Below are positions 60,257-64,000 of a stretch of 64,000 nt of DNA, in pieces. A model generated the notes under the pieces. It ran no database searches, was not told the origin of the DNA, and saw nothing but the letters and a program-made list of their open reading frames with translations. Location of the stretch: NCBI GenBank assembly GCA_000004695.1, contig CM000151.3:6784001-6848000 (forward strand), read 5' to 3'. A program made the translations under genes and the position numbers. The stretch's first letter is position 1; each line of letters starts with the position of its first letter. The stretch is from Dictyostelium discoideum (lineage: Eukaryota).

Positions 60257-62333
60257 TAAATTGTTAATATGACTAATTTTTTAATTAAATATATTTATAT
60301 ACAGAAATTTAACAGTTGTCAAAGAGGATATTTGTGAAACATTAATTAATTTAGATATTCTTACCCCATTATTATCAAATTTTGTTCAAGGTATTAATTT
60401 TATTAAAACATTAAATGAAAAAGATATGAAACAACAAAAATCAATTGAAACTCAACATGTTTTAATTCAAGCAGTTGCATTAATTAATAATTTATGGTAA
60501 TTATTATTTTTAATATATATATTATTATTATATATTATTTATTTCATTTATTAATTTTTAATTTTTTTTTTATTTTTTTAGTGAAGTTTCAGACAAAGGA
60601 TTTTCAATTGTATCAAAAGAATGTAAAAGTATTTTGACAACATTATTTGAAGTTTTAATAAATAATAGTATTTTTATGCCAGAGTTAATAATGAATATAT
60701 CAGAATTTTTAACAGTTGTAACAGATGATAATAATGAATTAAATGCAACCATAAATAATGAATTAATGTTACAATTATTTAATATCATTAAAGATTCAAC
60801 AACAATGAATATTAGATTAAAGACATTAATTTCAACCATCATTTTAAATATTGGTCAATTATATAATAAAGAATTGGTAATTCAAAATATTACACCAATC
60901 TTATTAAGTACTTTCCAATTTAATTCAATTTCAACTTTAAATTCAGATTTATTAAAATCATTAAATAGTGCAAAAGATGCAAAATTAAAATATGATCAAT
61001 TAGTTGCTGAACAAACAGATGATAATAATAATAATAATAATGATGAAAAGATGGGTATGGATGAAAATAGTAATAATAATAATAATGATAATAATATAGA
61101 AGAACCAATTGATGAATCAAAACCAATTACTTCAACAGTTGATGAAACTATTAAAAAAACACCAAAAAATATAATTAAAAATGCAGCTGCTGATTTAGTT
61201 CAAGAATGTGAAAAACAATTTAAAAATCAAAATGAAGAATGGAAAGATTCATTACTCGCTCAACAATCTGCTATTGAATTGTTTGTAAATATTGTATCAG
61301 ATGCTCAACAACAACAACCAGATGACTCAAATCCATATGATGATGATGATGATAAATTCTTGGATATTGAAGATGGTGAAACTGAACAATCTCAACAAAT
61401 TTTATCAAATATTTCTAAATTTATAATTTCAACTCCATTATGTCAATATGTAAATATTAATATATATATATATATATATTATATAGTTATTTTATTTTTA
61501 TTTTCTAATTTTCCTTTTTTTTTTTTTTTTTTTTTTTATTCAGTTAATTGAATTATTAAATAGTATAGTTAATTTTGATTCAACTGAATTTGGAAAATTA
61601 AATATTGAACTTTTACCAAATATTTCATCAATTAGAATTCTTCAAAAAAGAGCAATGACATGTTTATCAAATCTTTTAATTACTTTTATTCCAAAAGAAG
61701 AAAATGTTCAAAAGATTCTTTGGGATCTTTTAATGAAAATTGCAAATAAATCATTTACAACAAATGATATTGATATCATTGAAATGACAACAAGTTCACT
61801 TTGGTCAATTATGAGAACAAATTCAAATATTGGTTTTGTAAGTTTTCTTTCTTTTTAAAAAATATTTATTTAAATTATTATAAATATTAACTTTTTTTCT
61901 TTTTTTTATTTTATATATATATATATAGACAACAGAAATTGAAATTAAAAATTTAGTAGAATTAGCAATTAAATCACCAAATTCAATTAAAACCAATTTA
62001 ATTGGTATTATTGGTATTGCAGGTCAAAAACCATATTGTCAAAATATATTAAAAGAGGTTGCAATGTTTTTATTACAATGTTTAAACAAAGATTTACCAG
62101 CAGATATTATTTCAGAATCTTTAAATTCAATTTTTGATATTTATGCTGAACCAAATGTAAACAATATCGTTAAAGAAGTTTCATTAATTCAACATTTAGA
62201 TGCATTTGTTCCAATAATTAGAAATAAAATTAAAACTGATAAAAAGAAATTAGATAGAGCTTTATTAGATCGTTTAGATGAATCCAGAATTAATTTATCA
62301 AGATTTATTACTTATAAAAAATCTCAAAAATAA
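59825..62333 (+). CDS. ARM/HEAT-repeat protein, possibly a HEATR3/Syo1 (symportin) homolog; join(59825..60216,60305..60496,60572..61449,61544..61837,61929..62333), about 720 aa
   Basis: Five exons joined in frame. Donors are AG|GTAAAT, TG|GTAATT, TAT|GTAAAT and TTT|GTAAGT. Acceptors are TATACAG, TTTTTTAG, TTATTCAG and TATATAG. The basic N-terminus MGKFTSSKKTYRVDPLGL resembles the Syo1/HEATR3 N-terminal tail (recalled from memory as MGKSKKRS...). The remainder is helical-repeat-like with an acidic insert. The exon structure is firm. The family assignment is tentative. Confidence 0.45.
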
Positions 62334-62471
62334 AATAAAATAAATTAATAAAATAAATAAATAATTATTAAAGTATTATCACTAAAAATAGATTTATTAT
62401 TCTTAATATATATATATATTTTTTTTTTTTTTAATATTATTTTTTTTTATTATTTATTTTTTTTTTTTATT

Positions 62472-62507
<36 letters not shown>

Positions 62508-62541
62508 TTATTTGTTTTTTATTAATTATTTAAAAAAAAGT

Positions 62542-63303
62542 TTATTCTTCTTGAGATTCTTCTTCACATAAAGTGAATTCATCTTCATTCCAAAAACCTT
62601 TAATGTGGAATTTAAATTCGGAAATTTCATGATTGAAAAGTTTTAAAAGTTGAGATTGTTCTGGTGTGACAGCAACACCGGCTTCACATAAAGTATATTC
62701 TCTATCAACAAAAATAACACCATTCTTTAAAGTTGTTGGTAAACCTAAACCTCTTAAATAAGTTTCCATTGAATGAGTCATACCAACGATTGGACCTTCT
62801 TTAATTGTGATGGTTTCTTCTGAAACAAAACCTGATCTTGGGAAATCTTTTTCTGAATAATTTGTAAAATATTCAAATACTTTATCTTTTGGTTCATTTG
62901 TAAAGAATAAACCACATTCACCTTCAAGATGCTTTTAAAAAAAAAAAAAATAAAATAAAAATAAAAATAAAAGATTAGAATTAAAAATAAATTAGAATAA
63001 AATATAAATAAAAATACATACTTCAGTAAGTTTATGTAAATTTGGTTTTAATTCATCTTCTTCACTTTTACCTAAACCAACGGATAAAACTTTATTTTTA
63101 CCAAAAAGGAATTTACTTGTTGACCATTCTGTTCTAACTGATTTTAATTTATTATTTCTCATATTTTCAAACGTAAACAAATAAATAAATTTATATTGAT
63201 CAACGATATCTTTGATGGTGCTGACTAACTTCTTTTTCTTTTCACCTGGATTCTTTGTAACTTTAGTCATATTAACGACAACATTTCTCTTTGATTTTAC
63301 CAT
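62542..63303 (-). CDS. mRNA turnover protein 4 (MRT4, uL10/P0-like ribosome assembly factor) homolog; join(62542..62931,63022..63303), about 223 aa
   Basis: Exon 1 is MVKSKRNVVVNMTKVTKNPGEKKKKLVSTIKDIVDQYKFIYLFTFENMRNNKLKSVRTEWSTSKFLFGKNKVLSVGLG...LHKLTE, ending at GAA|GTATGT. The acceptor is TTTTAAAAG. Exon 2 is HLEGECGLFFTNEPKDKVFEYF...EGPIVGMTHSMETYLRGLGLPTTLKNGVIFVDREYTLCEAGVAVTPEQSQLLKLF..., collinear with yeast/human MRT4. Confidence 0.75.
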
Positions 63304-63372
63304 TTTTCTTTAAATATTTATGAAATTATATATGTACAAAAGAAAATAAAAAAATGATTATTTATAATTTTG

Positions 63373-63406
<34 letters not shown>

Positions 63407-63578
63407 GATGGTTGATTTTTTTTGAAAAAAAAAAAAAATTAAAAAAAAATAAAAATAAAATAAAATAAAAAATCCGAAAAAAAAAAAAAAAACGAGTGAT
63501 AATAACAATGATAAAAATAAATAAATAAAATTTGTTAATAAACTATACTTTTTTTAATATTACTATAAATTTTAATAT

Positions 63579-63609
<31 letters not shown>

Positions 63610-63901
63610 TTAAAAAAAAACTAAATTGTTTTCTTTTTTTTAAATCTTTGTTTATTTTATTTTTTATTTTTTTTTTTTTATTTTTTTATTTTTTTTTTGG
63701 ATGGGAGGGTTACATATTTGATGATATAAAATATTTAAAAGGGGGGTTTATAATGTGATTATTTAATTTTATTTATTTATTTTTACTATTTAATATTTAT
63801 TAATTATAGTGGGGAGGGGAGGGGGTTTGTATTGATATTTTATTATTATTATTATTATTACTTTATTAATTAATTTGATTTAAAATAATTAATTTGAATT
63901 T

Positions 63902-64000
63902 AATGAATTGAAAATTTACTATGAGCTTCTTTAGCTTTTTTAGCTTCCATTATTGCTGGTACTAAACCATTACTATTACAGGCAGTCTTTAAGAAAGGAT
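63902..64000 (-). CDS. 3' end of an unidentified minus-strand gene running off the window edge
   Basis: The reverse-complement frame reads ...PFLKTACNSNGLVPAIMEAKKAKEAHSKFSIH*. Its non-AT-biased codons contrast with the surrounding AT-rich spacer. Only about 30 codons are visible. Confidence 0.2.

Overview
The window is a gene-dense, roughly 78% A+T eukaryotic nuclear segment that reads as Dictyostelium discoideum or a close dictyostelid. It shows (AAT)n poly-Asn tracts, poly-Q/poly-T low-complexity coding, A or T homopolymers of 40-55 nt, and short introns with GTAAGT or GTATGT donors and (T)nAG acceptors. All exon boundaries below were worked out by eye and should be taken as within a few nt.

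Recognisable genes, all multi-exon unless noted:
- an FBXL-type F-box/LRR protein, 5'-partial at the window start;
- a 959-aa villin with headpiece, protovillin-like;
- a long-form tRNase Z (ELAC2-type);
- a G-protein alpha subunit;
- ribosomal protein S15a;
- a DJ-1/PfpI protein;
- a very large P4-type flippase ATPase with a long N-terminal extension;
- a poly-Q LRR protein;
- a PTGR/MDR-type NADP oxidoreductase;
- an adenylate-kinase-family protein with an N-terminal extension;
- a possible HEATR3/Syo1-like ARM/HEAT protein;
- an MRT4 homolog;
- several hypotheticals.

The ORF track uses TTG as well as ATG as a start (verified at 27742 and 39997), so its N-termini are unreliable. Several genes only become complete after joining exons across introns.

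The most notable content is a tandemly amplified, lineage-specific family of roughly 1,050-aa proteins with no recognisable domain. It has three intact-looking copies plus one diverged copy, one pseudogene and one truncated remnant. These are arranged as one solo copy, a direct pseudogene-plus-intact pair, and a truncated/intact/intact triple array on the opposite strand. The copies show near-identical recent duplicates, localized hypervariable patches inside an otherwise conserved framework, and GC-rich inverted repeats flanking the pseudogene. Other items worth a second look are a 26-bp-stem hairpin in a probable 5'UTR intron of rps15a and a structured GC island between two family copies.

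No tRNA, rRNA or CRISPR (not expected in a eukaryote) was found. No transposon ORF was recognised.
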